Assembly: GCF_009914755.1 (NCBI RefSeq) | Contig: NC_060931.1 | Length of the DNA stretch: 64,000 nucleotides | Strand: one strand, 5' to 3' | From: the human T2T-CHM13v2.0 reference genome, Homo sapiens | Shown here: piece after piece, positions 28,770-42,969 of the stretch | Layout of the letters: each line of letters opens with the position of its first letter | Numbering within the stretch: position 1 is the stretch's first letter | Notes under the pieces: model-generated | The model's input: the letters and a program-made list of their open reading frames with translations, nothing else | Told to the model about the DNA's origin: nothing | The model's database searches: none | Translations under genes and position numbers: made by a program

Positions 28770-30965
28770 CCAATGTTTCTCAATTTGGTTTCCACAAAAC
28801 CTTAAAGTTCAATATGTCATCACTAGGGGTTTGTAAGAGATTTTGATTTAAAACCTAGACATCAACTTTCGAAGTTTGCATACTTTGAGGATAGATAGTG
28901 GCTAAGCAGACATGTCAGCAATTTCATTCGGGGTCTTTCAGCCCCATTGTGGCAGTGTGCAATAGGATTGTATTTGTTTGTGCCCAGTTTGGTTTATGAT
29001 GCAAGCTATGGGAGGTTACTGGTAACTGATGAGTGCTATATTGCACAGACGAGAGGGGTGGTAAATGGATGACATGAGTTTTTCCTTCTCTAACTATTTC
29101 CCCTAAACTCCCCTTATGCACTACAGGATGACTCACAGGACCAAACAAGCTTTGCTAGTATAACTAAAAATGAGGGGAAATTTAATTTTCATTCTAAAGG
29201 CTCAGCTGCACCCTGCCCCACCTCCTGCCCCCAGTTTTGTTGTGGTTACAAACATGGCAAAACATAGGTTGAAAAAGACTAAAAGTGATTTCTCCAGTGA
29301 TTGATGAGTTTGGGGGGATTTTTAAATTTTACTATGCTCTTATGTTTTACACTTAACTCATGTTTGTATTTTATAAACATGTTTGATAACCCAATGTGGT
29401 AATTTTTGAAGGTGAGATGTGAGATGGAAGAGGAAAATTTTAGGCCTGGGGATAACCCTGATAAGGGTAGTGATGATGAATTATAACCTTCTGAGTCATT
29501 TTCCTGTGTGATTGGAACAAAGGACACAGAAAAAGTCCATCTTTATGATGAAAGACCCTTACCAAGGAGCTTCTATAGGCTGATTATCCAAATTTTCTTA
29601 TTTTATTGAGAATCATCCATGTGAGGAGGCCAGCAAGATTTTTCTGTAAAGAGGCAGGTGGCAAATATTTTAGGTTTTTCAGATCACATGTAGTCTCTGT
29701 CACATATTCTTCTTTGTCTTTGTCTGCTTGTTTAAATGCTTTAAAAATGTAAAAGCCAATCTTAGCCCTGAGGGCTGTACCAAAGCAGGCCTCTGGTGAG
29801 GTTCGGCCCATGGGCTGTCATTTGCCAATCCCTGCTATGTCAAACAACTTAGAGATGTGGGAATGGCTCCAATAAAAAAAAAAAAAGAAAACCCAAACAA
29901 AACAAAAACCCTTAAATATAAGTCATAGGTATTCGAGAAGTAAAGATGCTGATTACTTTAAGCAGCTATTAGAATCTTAAAACAAACAGTAACTCTTGTT
30001 AAAAACACACAAACACACAAACAAACAAGAAACAGGTACATTCAGTGAAAAGGACCAGGGAGCAAGTTATTTAGTAGCAGAACTTACTGTCTTAAACAGG
30101 AAAAGTCACACAGTTGGTAAGGCTAACAATGTGATCATGTAAAATTACTGTGAATCAAAGGCTAGGAAAAGATGCACTACAAGAAACTGAAAAGGTTCCA
30201 CAGCCTCAAACAGTGTCATATGGTGAAGTATTGATGACACGTCACACAACTTTGAAGAGGTTTTGTGACATACCCTGAAAAACCGCAGCTTCCTTTTCTA
30301 GGTTGATGAGTCAGGGGATTTCACCAATAAATGTCATACTTAGCATTTGTAAGATTTGCAAGTAATTGTGAAATTCAAGAAAACAAAGAGTGGCCCATAA
30401 CAAGGAAAGGCCAAGATATAATTAATGTTTGGCCTTCATATCTATAAACAAAAGGTCTAAGAACTACATTGACATGAACACTGATAGTGCTCTGTCAAAT
30501 TTGGTTCTATGAGAGCTTTTGCATCTTATTAAATGAAAAAAGTTTCTCACATTTTCACAACACATTGGCTTCTTCAAAGAGAATGTCAAACATTCTTGGA
30601 GATGAAATGAAAGTTTTAGATAATATTACAAAATGGCTATCTTTGTTATATAAAGGCTAACTTGAGAATACTTTTAAAACTGAAAAGGTGTCGATAAAGG
30701 CCACAGAAATATCCTGCTATACACAGAAATTTGGTGGCTCAGCAGAGGAAGCATTTTCAACAGGGTGTTTGAGCTAAAAGATGAAATTCAAAAGTACTTT
30801 CAATATCATACTGGGCAAGTTTCGTTAAGTGTTTTGATGAACAATGGCTACAAAAAGTTGCCTTCTCAGCGGACATTTTTCATTATGTGAACAAGTCTCT
30901 GCAAGGCCCTGGAGAAAATGTTTTGACTTTGAGTGACAAGATTCTTGAATTTAAAAGGTAACTGA
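28770..30965 (+). mobile_element. hAT-Charlie DNA transposon fossil with transposase remnants
   Basis: Broken frames give ASYLVAEL..RKSHTVG, VDES.DFTNK, YTEI.WLSRG..FNRVFELKDE and SLQGPGENVLTLSDKI (29930-30965); left boundary uncertain. Confidence 0.75.
29623..29834 (+). mobile_element. MER58C-like hAT MITE
   Basis: TTTTTCTGTAAAG..AAATATTTTAGG...CATATTCTTCTTTG...TTTAAAAATGTAAAA...TTTGCCAATCCCTG. Confidence 0.8.
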
Positions 30966-30967
30966 GA

Positions 30968-32779
30968 GGGACTTCCGATTCAAGTGATGATGGAATAAGA
31001 CCCTTGTGAAAAATTCCCTTGCAGTAAAACAACTATAAAACCTAAACATAAAGCAAAAAGCAACTACTTGAAGGCACTAGAGAGAGAACAGAAGCAGAAA
31101 GACATTGGCAAAGAATAAATATTTGGAAGAGGAAGCAGTATGAAGTAAGTGCCCTGTGTCTGTGGCTTCTAGCCTTGGTCTCAGTGCAACCCACTGAGTG
31201 TGCACAGTGGCAGTGTGGTAGAAGCATCAGTAGAAAACCCACCATCTCTCTGGTAGGGGAATCCATGGCTGATGGAGAGAGTTGGAGAATTCCCAAAGAG
31301 AAAGAAACAGAGAGCAAATCCCCAAAATTTTGTCTAATGATTTCTCTGACTGATTCCTGAATGACATATGCATGAAACAGACCAAAGGCAGTTCAACTAA
31401 AGACAAATGATCTGAACTGAGACTAGAGTTAAGATGCAAGAAACAAAGTTGCATAAGCCAAAGAAAACCACTTGTTAGAGAAGCAATAAAATCAATAATC
31501 TGCACAGCTTGATATTCATAAAGTCCAGGGTAAATCCAAAATTTCCCAACAAAAAAGAACCAAGAAAAATGGAATGTATCAAGAAAAGAAGATCAATTGA
31601 GACCCTCAGATAAGATGTTAGATACAACAGACAAGGATTTTTAAACAGCTATTATAATGATATTCAATGAAACAAAACAAAATATGAGCTCAATAAATAA
31701 AGAAAAATTGAAAATTCAACAGAGAAAAGCAGACAAAACTAAATTGAAATTCCAGGACTAAAAAATGTAATATCTGATCTAAAACAATCACTGAAGAGAA
31801 CAGCTGAGTGGAAGTGACAGAGGCAGGAGTAAGTGAAGTGAAAAATAGATAAATAGTAATTGTTCCATGTGACAAACAGGGAGAAAAAAAATTGGAAAAA
31901 AACCTACAGAGTGCAGGGACTTGGTACAAAAATATTAAATGTTCCAATATATGTGTAATTGGAGTCCTAGGAGAAGAGATTAAAAAAATAGAAAAAAGAT
32001 GATTAAAAATGGCCCCCCAAATCTCCCAAATTTGATAAGACAGAAATTTACAAATAAATATGCTCAAAGGACATCAGGTAAAAGAAACATAAGCAATCCC
32101 ACATCAAGGTACATCATGGTCCAACTGTTTAAAGCCAAAGATTGAGAAAAGTCTTCAGACTATCAACAGAAAACACCATATATAATAGAACGATTATTTA
32201 ATTAACAGCTGAGTTTTCATCATAAACCACGGAGAACTGAGTGGTAAAATATCTTTAAGGTGCTGAAAGAAAAAAAAAAAACATCAACCCAGATTCTATA
32301 TCCAGATAAAATATTCTTCAAGAACAAAGGCAAAATAAAGATATTTTCTGATGAAAGAAGCCTAGAAGTATTCATTACAAGCAGACCTGCACTAAAAGAA
32401 ATGGCCAAGGAAGTTCCTCAGGCTAAAGGTAAATGATACCAGATGATATTAGTATCTCCATAAAAAGAAGAAATAACATAAAAAATTATAAATACAAAAT
32501 AATTTTTGTCTTTGATTTTTCCTCTTAACTTCTTTATGTGACTCACATAACTCTTCAAAGAGAAACTATAACAGTATCTTCTATGATTTATAACAAACAT
32601 AGATGTAACAGATATAATAATTATAACATGAATCATGAAGGGCTTATGGAACCAATGGCTTCCAGGTTTTTCTAATTTACTTGAGTAGTACATTATTAAA
32701 TGTAAATGGTAAAGTTAAGGATTATATTGCACTCATAAATTAATTACTAAAATAATAATACAAATAAGGATAGCCAATT
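30968..32779 (+). mobile_element. Old L1M 5'UTR and ORF1 remnant
   Basis: GACTTCC-type start; ORF1-like TGTGTAATTGGAGTCC and CAACCCAGATTCTATATCCAG. Confidence 0.65.
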
Positions 32780-33495
32780 ATTTCAAGATGGAGCAACAAG
32801 GACTGAATATATCCTCTTGCCTGAAACAACTAAAAAATAAGAAAAAAATATGAATATTAAGGCATTGGGTATCAGACAATAAAATACAGTGAGATGGTAA
32901 ACAAATGAAATAGCCTATCATTGCCCCAGCTTACTGCCTTGACAAGAGTTTTCAGGCATGGTGTAGGGAGGAGAAGCCAGGCAGAACCTGGATGCCTCCC
33001 TGCGTGGAGGACTCAGAGCTGGGAGAGAGGAGAGGCCAAGGCAGCTAGGGTTTTCAGGGCAGAGCAGCAGAGAGAAGAGAACTCTGGAGATCAGCAAAGG
33101 GTCCCCTGATTCTTCAGCTGGGTACTGATCAAAGCCTGTATCTGAGCAAATTAGCCAAGGCTGGGGAAAGAACTACTCAAAGGATTAGAGAGAATAATAC
33201 TCAGAGCTCACCCAGGGCCTGGAGAAGTTTCTGTTCCCAACAGCCAGAGTGGAAAAGCTCATGATTTATGGAGAATCAGGTAACATATACAGAAGATGTT
33301 TGACTCAGTAGTCAGGGAAAAGTCATTCTAGATGAAACACTTTCTAGAAGAAAGCCTAACAGCAATTCCTGAGAGGATTTAACTGTTGCCAAGTAATCTA
33401 ACTGTGTTAAGGACAAAGATCAAGAGTATTTTTAGGAATACAAATTGAACAAGTTAAAATTGACAATACCTGGCATACAATCGACTGTTACCAGG

Positions 33496-34365
33496 TGTGT
33501 TCATTTTCTGTTGCTGCCTAACAAATTACCACTGTTAGGGACTAAAGGTGTGTTTCCCCCCCAAATTCATATGTTGAAATTCTAACCTCAATGTGATGGT
33601 ATTAGAAGGTGAAAATTTGGGCAGTAATTAGGTCATGAGGGTGGAGCTCTTACAAATAGGATTAGTGCCCTTATAAAGGAACCAGAAAGCTCTCTTGCCC
33701 TCTTTCCACCATGTAAGGATACAACAAAAAGCTGACAGTCTGTAACTCGGAAGAATACCCTCACTAAAACCCAATCACGTTGGCATCCTGATCTTGGACT
33801 TGCAGCTTCCAGAACTGTGACAAATAAATTTCTGCCACCTAGTTTGAAGTACTTTGTTATAAGTGCCCAAACTGACTAAGGGAACCACAAATGAAATGGC
33901 TTAAGATAACATACGCATTTATTACCTTAGTCCAGACAAGGCTCAATTAACTTCTCTGCTCAAGGTCTCACAAGGCTGTGATCAAGATGACAGTTGGGGC
34001 TATAGTTTCATCTGAGCCACAGTGTCCTCTTCTGAGGTCATGTGATTATGGGCAGAATTCATTTCCTTACAGCTGTAGAACTCATAGAGTTGGCATCATC
34101 CTCAAGACCATGAGGGACACATTTCTCTGGCTTTCTCTGTTTCTTCTCTCTAGCTTCCTTGTTAAGAGATCATCTGATTGTGTCAGGTCTACCAAAGTCA
34201 ATTTCTCTCTTGATTAATCCAGTTGATTTGGTACTTTCATCTTTGAAATGTTATCTTGTCTTTGGACATGTAATATAATTATAAAAGTCATATTACTTCA
34301 TCAAGGCTAGGGGGTTACAAAAAAGCATCTGTCACTGAGGTCATGTTAGAGTTTTGCCAGCCACA
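33496..34365 (-). mobile_element. MLT1E/D-like LTR split by MLT1A
   Basis: TTGCTGCCTAACAAATTACCAC...GCAGAATTCATTTCCTTACAGCTGTAG...TTAGAGTTTTGCCAGCCACA. Confidence 0.7.
33533..33883 (+). mobile_element. MLT1A solo LTR
   Basis: CCCAAATTCATATGTTGAAAT, GATTAGTGCCCTTATAAAG; 5-bp TSD ACCAC (33528-32 and 33884-88). Confidence 0.85.
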
Positions 34366-34671
34366 CTAGACAAGTAAAGAGGCAGAAAAATATGACCCAC
34401 ATTTTGGGGTCATGATGAGAAAAATCAATGGGTAGAAATCAGCCTAGAAATGACACAGATGACAGAATTGATAGACAGGGACATTAAACCATCATTATAG
34501 CTATGTTCTAACTTTAAGAAGCTAGAGGGAAGATTGAGGATGCTAAGCAGCAACAGGGAAGACATAAAAAGACACAAATGTAGCTTTTAGGGATGGAAAT
34601 TAACAATGTTTGAGAGTAAAAGTGCACTGGTTAGACACTGCAGAAGGAAAGACTAGTAAACTTGAAGATTT

Positions 34672-34740
34672 TATATATATATATATATATGTATTTATAT
34701 GTGTATATATATGTATATATATATACATATATATATATAT
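34672..34740. repeat. (TA)n imperfect microsatellite
   Basis: Seen directly. Confidence 0.9.
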
Positions 34741-35392
34741 GATCCAAAATAAAACATACAGAGAAAAAATATTAAACAGAGAAATGGGAACCTGTAGGAG
34801 GCTTAAACTCTGGATAACTGAAGTCTCAAATTTGGAGGTGGATAGAATAGAAAAAATATTCAAGAAAATAAGGCCAAACATTTTCAAAATTTGATAAAAA
34901 CTATAAACCCATGAGTCCCCAAACCACCATGACCCTCAAGCATAAGAAACATGAAGAAAATTACACCAAGTCACTTCAAAATCAAACTGTTAAACCCGGT
35001 GATAAAAAGAAAATCTTAAAAGCATCCAGAACAATGACATGTGTAGGGGAAAGAGGATAAGAAAGACATCAGGCTTCTTGTGGGAAATAATGCATGGGAG
35101 AAGACAGTGAAGCAGTATTTTTAAAGTACTGAAAGAAAAACATCTGACAAGCTAGACTTCTATATTCAGCAAAAATCTTTCACAAATGCAGGCAAAAAAT
35201 AAAGAATTTATCTTTAGCACTGTTTCACAAAAGATATTTTAAAGGAAGTCCTTTAGGCAGAAAGAAAATAATACCAACTGGAAATCTGCATTTACACCAA
35301 GAAATCTTAAGCACTGGAAAACCATACCAATACTATAAGGATGGATTTTTCCCTGACTACTGAGTCAAACATTTTCTGAATATGTTACCTGA

Positions 35393-35712
<320 letters not shown>

Positions 35713-35899
35713 CTGATTCTCTTAAACAACAACAAAAATTAATGCAGCAAGTAATCATAGTCACCCAAAGAAGAAAACAAATGGATTCATAAAATTCTCA
35801 GTCCAACAGAATATAGAAAAATTGGGAAAACGTAACAAATGACAGATGGTAAAAATTTCTAGTTTTGTGTGTATTTCTGTAGTATTAATTTTAGAAGTA

Positions 35900-38510
35900 A
35901 AATTTTTAGTTGAATTAGAAAATACCAAGATGATAGATTTAAAATCAATCATATTAACATTCAAATGAATGTAAATGGTCTAAACATTCTAATTAAAAGC
36001 CTGAGATGGTCAAATTGGATTTATTTTTAAAAAGATCTCTTTATATGTTGCCTAGAGGAAATCCACTTTAAGTATGAAACAAAAATAGGTTATAAGCATA
36101 GGACTGGATTAGAAATGCCATTAATTAATGCTAACATTAATTAAATTTGAGCTGGAATGGCTGTATTAATATCAGAAAAAGTAGATTTCTAAAGAAAAAT
36201 AGTACTAGGGATAAAGAGGGTCATTTCATAATGATAAAGGTGTCAATTCATCACGAAAGCCTAACAATCGCAAATGCTTATGTATCCAAATATTAAGCTT
36301 GAAAATGCAAAATGTAAAAACTGATAGAATTGCAAGTGCAGTAGACAGACTTACAAACATGGTAAGTGATTTGAAAATCCCTGCCCGAGATATTGATAAA
36401 ACACTAACAGCCAGTGACCTAGTTGACTTTACACAACAAGTCACCTAACAGCAACAACATATTACACATTAATTTATATATACGCACAAATATATATATA
36501 GCTTTTGGGGTACAGGTGGTTTTTGGTTACACAGAAGAATTGTCTAGTGATGAAGTCTGAGATTTTAGTGCAGCTGTCACCTGAGTAGTGTACACTGTAC
36601 CCAATATGGACTTTTTATCCCTCATCCCTCCCAACCTCCCCACTTCTGAGTCTCCAGTATCCATTATACCACCCTATGCCTTTGTGTACCCATAGCTTAG
36701 CTTCCACTTATAAGTGAGAACATACAGTATTTGATTTTCTATCCCTGAGTTACTTTACTTAGAATAATGACCTCCAGCTCCATCCAAGTTGCTGCAAAAA
36801 AATATTATTTCATTCTTTATTTATGGCTGAGTAGTATTCTATGGTGCATATACACTACATTTTCTTTATTCACTCAGTGGTTGATGGGCACTTAGGCTGG
36901 TTCCATATCTTTGTAATTGTGAATTATGCTGAGATAAACGTATGGGTACAGGTGTCTTTTTTATATAATGACTTATTTTCCTTTGAGTGCTCAGTAGTGG
37001 GATTGCTGGATTGTATAGTAGATCTACTTTGAGTTCTTTGAGAAATCTTCATACTGTTTTCCATAGAGTTTGTACTAATTTACATTCCCACCTGCACAGA
37101 TTACACATTATTTTTGAGTGCACATAGGAGACCTACCAAGACAGAACATATTCTAGACCATAAAAGGTCTTCATATATTTAAAATGATTAAAATTTTACT
37201 AAATATATATTCCTATCCTACTGGAATTAAATTAGAAATTAATAGAAATCTCTCAGGAAAATCCCAAAATATTTGAAAACAAAACAACACACTTCTAAAT
37301 AACTCATGAGACAAAGGAGAAACAAAAAGGGAAATTACAAAGTATTTTGAACCGAATAAATATGAAAATGCAACATATAAAAATGTGTTGCATTTAGAGC
37401 AGGACTTAAAGTGAAAGTTATAGGCTTAAATACCTACCTTAGAAAAGAAAAAAGGGATCAAATTAATAATCTCAGTTTACCCTATAAAACAACTAGAAAA
37501 AGAGGAGCAAATTAAACCTAAAGTAAGCAGAAGAAAGGAAATAATAAAGATTAGAGTGTAAATCAGTGACTGATAAAACAGAAAACCAATAAAGATAATC
37601 AATAAAACCAAAAGTGTGTTCTTAGAGAAGATCAATAAAATTGATACATCTCTAGCTAGATCAATCAGAAAAAAAATAAAGGACACACAAATTACCAATA
37701 TCAGGAGTGGAAGTGGTGATGTAACTATAGATTTTTGAATTATTAAAAAGAACGCAAGGAAATATTATCCATTATGTCAATATATTTGACAACTGAGATG
37801 AAATAAATTCTTTAATAGATGCAAATTACCAAAACTCACTTAAGAAGAAACATACTTGACTGTCCCTGTATCTATTAAATAGAATTTGTAACCAGAATAT
37901 TCCAACAAAGAAAATTCCAGGGCCATATACCATCACTAGTGAATTTTACTAAACATTTAAGAAAGAAAGAAATCAATTATACAAAAACTTCCAAAAAATG
38001 AAGGGACTTATTCCCAACTCATTCTATGAGACTAGAATTACCTTATAATAAAGTCAGATAAAGACATCACAAAGGAAAAAAAAAACTATAGACCAACATC
38101 TCTAATGAGAATATGTGCAAAAAATCTAAACTAAATTTTATACATCGAATAATCTATTAAACAGGGTAATATATCATGAATGGTGGAGTTTATCCTAGGA
38201 ATGCAAAGTTGGTTTAACTTTTAAAAGTCAGTGAATGTAATTCACAATAGTAACAGACTAAAAAGCAAAACTCATGATTATCAGAATAGAGAATAAGTAT
38301 TTGACAAAATTAAATTAAAAATCTATTCCTCATAAACTCTCAGAAAAGCATTATAAGGGGCTTTCCAACCTGATAAAGGGCATAGGAAAAATCACAGCTA
38401 GCATGATACTTAATGGTGAAAGACTGGGTATCTTCTCCCTAAAATCAGGGACAAGTCAAGGATATCTACTGTCACCACTGCTATTCAGCATTGTACTGGA
38501 AGTTCTAGAT
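35900..38510 (+). mobile_element. Old L1M ORF2 remnant (EN to mid-RT), split by L1PB
   Basis: AATGTAAATGGTCTAAAC, AGATCAATAAAATTGATA, CCCAACTCATTCTATGAG and GTACTGGAAGTTCTAG. Confidence 0.8.
36472..37095 (-). mobile_element. L1PB-like 3' end
   Basis: TTTTGGGGTACAGGTGGTTTTTGGTTAC...; ~15-bp TSD ACA(T/G)ATTACACATTA (36457-71 and 37096-110). Confidence 0.85.
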
Positions 38511-38799
38511 CAGGCCACAAGGTCGCAACAGTAGCTGGAGAGAAACGAACACCATATTGTGGGCGGAGGCTACAACCACAGTGGGAGTGGAATTGAGGAA
38601 CATGTGATCTCTCCTCTAAGTTTCCCAGAGAAAATTAGATTTGGGAGAGGAAATTGTTAACTACCAGGACTTCATGTGGTCAAGAGGATAGGGATTCCGG
38701 CTGTCGTTAACGGAGTGTTAAAGAAAAGTGTAAGTCGGACCTGAAGAAGAACTTGAACACATCTAGGTAACATTTGTATGTCTCAGCTTATTGCTCTTA

Positions 38800-38925
38800 C
38801 ATGGGATAAATTCTTCATGATCAGGGAGCTTGTCTTTGTCTTAATTTCTTTCACCAAAGCAAGCCTAATGCCTTGAACACAGCAAACACCCATTAAATAT
38901 TTGTTGAATGAATGAATGAATGAAT
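38800..38925 (+). mobile_element. L2 3' end
   Basis: TAAATATTTGTTGAATGAATGAATGAATGAA tail. Confidence 0.75.
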
Positions 38926-39599
38926 ATATAAATATAACAACATGGACTCTCCACAGAAATATTATTAAAATTCTTTAAAAAGATCAGTGACCTTATTTTA
39001 GAACACTTTAAATTGGGATGATTTTCATGTTCCTGTATCGGGGATATTACAAAATACTTTCATTACCTCTGTCATTGAAAGTTACTGACAAGATATTATG
39101 GCCAAGGGCATCTCCAATATCTGATCACCTCCAGAAGGCTGATCGAAGAAGATCAGGTTCAAAACATGCCTGGTGTACGACTTAAGAAATGCAGAACAAA
39201 AGAAATAATTTTCTTTAATTAGAGAGATTTTCACTGGAAAGAATGCTCCACTGAAGCATGGCATTGCCAGTCTTGTATATGTATTTCTGGTTCCTAGAAC
39301 AGCACCTACAGTAGGGCCTCCAGAAATTGTTTTTTGAGTGAATAAATGAGGGATTGCCCTCTAAGTTGATAAGATGAAGATTTGTTGACCTTCAGCCATT
39401 CATCCAAAACTTGTCTTTTTATTGTTCCACATGAGTCTCACAGGATAAATCCTACTGCTACAAGAAGGATTTTCACAGCTCACCTCTGATCTGGAGGTAG
39501 ACACGGTGGAAGTGGGGAACAGGAAATTTTGTTGAAATACAATTGGGAGGGCTGAAGATTATCTTTGAAAATTATTCCAAAAGCAATACATATTTATTC

Positions 39600-40090
39600 T
39601 AAGAGTTCAAACATAATAATAAAACTACACCAAGTAAAAGGTGAAAGGTTGTGATGTCTTAAGATTTTTTTGAAATTATTGCAAAAGTAATACTTGTAAG
39701 AATTCAAATGTCACAGAACTATATGAAGTAATCTGTGAAAAGCTCCCTTTTCCCTGTTTAAGTCGGCTCCCTTGAGAAATCACTGTTACTGGCTTGGAAT
39801 GTATCCTAGCCTCTCCATGGCAGTTTATGTAGATCGAATGCTTTATTTTAATGGCTGGTTACTAATCCATTGTATAAATGGTCCATAATTTACTTAAACT
39901 ATCCCTGTTGGTGTGCACGTGAGTAGTTTTCTTATTTTTTTTCTATTATTAACTGTGCTCCAATGAAACATTCTTACACATACATATTTTTATAGTTTTG
40001 TGGGTATTTATGTAGAATAAATTTTAGAAGTGAAATTGCTGGTTCAGTTACAGAGATCTTAAGGGTAAGATCCTTAAACACGAGGCAGAG
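39600..40090 (-). mobile_element. Ancient L1ME fragments
   Basis: CCATTGTATAAATGGTCCATAATTTAC and TAGAAGTGAAATTGCTGGTTCA. Confidence 0.5.
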
Positions 40091-40584
40091 AATCCCTGTG
40101 TTCTGACTATTTTCCAGAGAGGACCCTGTTTTTCTTAGCAGCCACAGCAAAGAAGAAACCATGATTGTTTACATGATTCACTGTGTCCTGAAGGAGAGAC
40201 GATGAAAGCAAAAGCTACCTTTGAGCAGAACCAGTGGAATAAGCACCAAAGAGAAGCAGCGCTTAGTCAGTTCAGGTGAGAGTCAACCTGTGAGAAGAGA
40301 CCTGACTCCTTTCCTATCTTTTGGGAATATCAGTTGCAGTTTTCTGAAAAGATCCTGAGCCAAGTGCTGAAGTACAGGAGATTTCTGTTTTGTGCCAGCC
40401 TAATAGCCTGCATTCTGTTGAAAGACTTTAGAATTACACAGACCCTTTTTAATATAGAAGGTCTGAAAGTGTAGAGGTAGGAGAACAAACATGGAAGTTA
40501 GTCCAACCACTGCGTCAAAGGTGGTCACAGGAGGCATGGAACCTGATGGACTGGTTGCAAAAATAATAATGAGGTCTGACCATG

Positions 40585-40760
40585 GCCACATAGTGTGATA
40601 TATACTTTCTGTAATACTTAACTCTCATCATACCTCTGGCAGGAGGTATTATGCTTATTTTATAGATGAAGAACCAGCGGAACAGAAAAGTGAAGTAGCT
40701 TGCCCACAGTCACATAGATAGGAAATGGGAAAACTGGGACTTGCATTCAGACCTGGCACT
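40585..40760 (-). mobile_element. MIR
   Basis: TTTTATAGATGAAGAA...GTAGCTTGCCCACAGTCACATAG core. Confidence 0.65.
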
Positions 40761-42540
40761 TAGAAGGCAGCTAATAAGTTCATTCTGAAATGAGATGCTG
40801 AGACTTTTGGATTAGGAAAGAGCAATGACTATGATACAGTGAGGGGTTTGGATACACAACAGCAACTTGGTAGGGGCAGGAAGTCTGAGATCCTTACTCA
40901 GTATTCACAGAGCAAGAACAGGTGTCTGTGTCACACCTGTCCAGATACTTGAAGTCTGAAAAGGTACCACATAAACTGTACATCACATGTCAGCAGCCAG
41001 GAACTGAGGATCCAGTGAAGATATTGGGCTGATTCTACTATCAATGAAAAAAGAGGGTTTGGCCCTTGGTTGACTTTCCCTCTGCAGCCCTGCCCACCTA
41101 GGTCATGGAGGGCATACACTCTGAAGGGCTCATCCCTAGACCACCACTCTCTCTGGGGATTCTTGGGCAATCCCTCTGTGTGTAGCCAAAAGAAGACAGC
41201 ATTGCCTCTTGAAATGTTGCAGCCCCCATTGTTCATTTCTTAAAAGCCACGGCTACGCCAAATAATTGAGATATTTTACTAAACACTTACAAGTCTCAAA
41301 GAGGAAACAATCCCCAAAGACAATTTCCAAAGAGGAAATAATTGCAGCAAAATGGAGCTGTTTTCAAGCTACGGTGAAATGCATGCTTCCTAATTTTTGT
41401 CTGTCTTGGAGATGCCTGTGATAGGATTAGAAGTGTCACTAATTTTTAATGCCACTGAAGGTAAAATCGCATAGTGTGTGATCATAACAGTCATTGCCTT
41501 ATTGCTGCTTTGCTAATTTAGAAGAAAGAGCAATGTTAACATAAGTTATTTTACTTTTAATATGATGATTTATTGTTCATTTCACACAGATTTATTGAGT
41601 GAGGCCCAGGCTCTTGGCTAAGGGTTGCAAGTACAGAAATGAGACTTGGTGCCCTAAAAATTTCACCCAAAAGATATGGCAAGCCTGTGAATTCAACTGG
41701 CAGGGTGATTTGGCAATCCACAGGATTAAGCTGTGCTTTTAGTTTTCAGCTCCCTCTGTGCTGTGGTTGTAAGAGATAAGAATTTCCTTTTGGACAGTTA
41801 TAGAAAGTCCCTAGTTTCAGTCCAAGTCATGAGCCCACAGTTTAGTCATTTAAGTTAATCATTCCCTTTCTTTTAGCTGTTCAGTCCTTAAAGAAAGTAT
41901 TGTATTATCCTCAAATTTCTCATATCCTTCAAACCATTTTATGGTGGCAGCAATTCAGTTTCCCCGAAGCCGTATCTTCAATGGACCTTTTATGCCTTGT
42001 GTCCACAGATAATAATTCAACTAGTGGCTCCTGTCCTATATGCCATAGGCTGTCAGTTGCCCATCTCTGATTAGTGATGGAATTTGCTGTTGTCTTCAGT
42101 AACTAAGATAGATAACCAGTCTTAGATATTTGGTAGCTCCTAGAGCTCCTGAGAAGACTAGAGAACTAGGTTTAGAAAATGGATAGGAATGAAGGCTGGG
42201 CAGCTTAGAGAAGCGGAATCTGTTCACAGTGCTCACATAGGTACAACCAACAACCATCACCCCTCTTGGTTCCTGGCTACCATTGACACCACCGGTACAA
42301 ATCCTAAACCTTTCTTGCTTCTTCATATCATTCATACTCAAAATCTCAGAGAAGGGCAGCTGATTGGTTAAATTCAGACCAAGTGCTCTAGCTTCCAGGG
42401 GGCCAAGAAAACAAATGAATGGACCCTCACCCGGATTTACACAATGGAAACTTCACACACTCAAAATAGAAGGGTGCTCAGATACAGCCAAAAAATGACA
42501 GATATCCTCTATATTTTAAAAATGTAATAAATTAAAATAA

Positions 42541-42623
42541 TTTTTAGATGGAGTTTTGCTATGTTGCCCAGGCTGATCTCAAACTACCTGGCTCAAGCAG
42601 TCCTCCTGCCTCAGCCTCCTGAG
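42541..42623 (-). mobile_element. FLAM/Alu left-arm fragment
   Basis: CTATGTTGCCCAGGCTGATCTCAAACT...CCTCCTGCCTCAGCCTCC. Confidence 0.75.
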
Positions 42624-42969
42624 AAATGTCCTTTAAAGTTAAGGCCAGAAGTAACATGATCTTAGAAAGCAGCTTGGTTGATGAATTCTAACGATGTGAG
42701 ACTAGGTGGGAACTGATTGGAAGTCTCTTTTGGACCCAGAAGGGTGAAACTTGATGCTGTATTGGATGTGAGGTGTGCATATGAGAGAGATGGGGGTAGA
42801 ATCTTGGACCACTCTCAGATTTCTGGCTAGAGTGACTAGGTGATTGGCTCTGCTGTTGATCCTCACAAAAATACCATTCAGTGGGTGAAGCCTGGTAACA
42901 TCTCTCTTACCTTGTTCTGCAAGTCAGTGAAGGAGTAAGGCAGGAGCCTAGGTCTTCCAACTCTAGGAC

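Larger units (their letters stand above)
32780..35340 (+). mobile_element. Second old L1M (L1MC-like) 5' region, interrupted by MLT1 elements
   Basis: New CAAGATGG start, ATTGCCCCAGCTTACTGCC motif and a second ORF1-like segment at 34370-35300. Confidence 0.6.
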
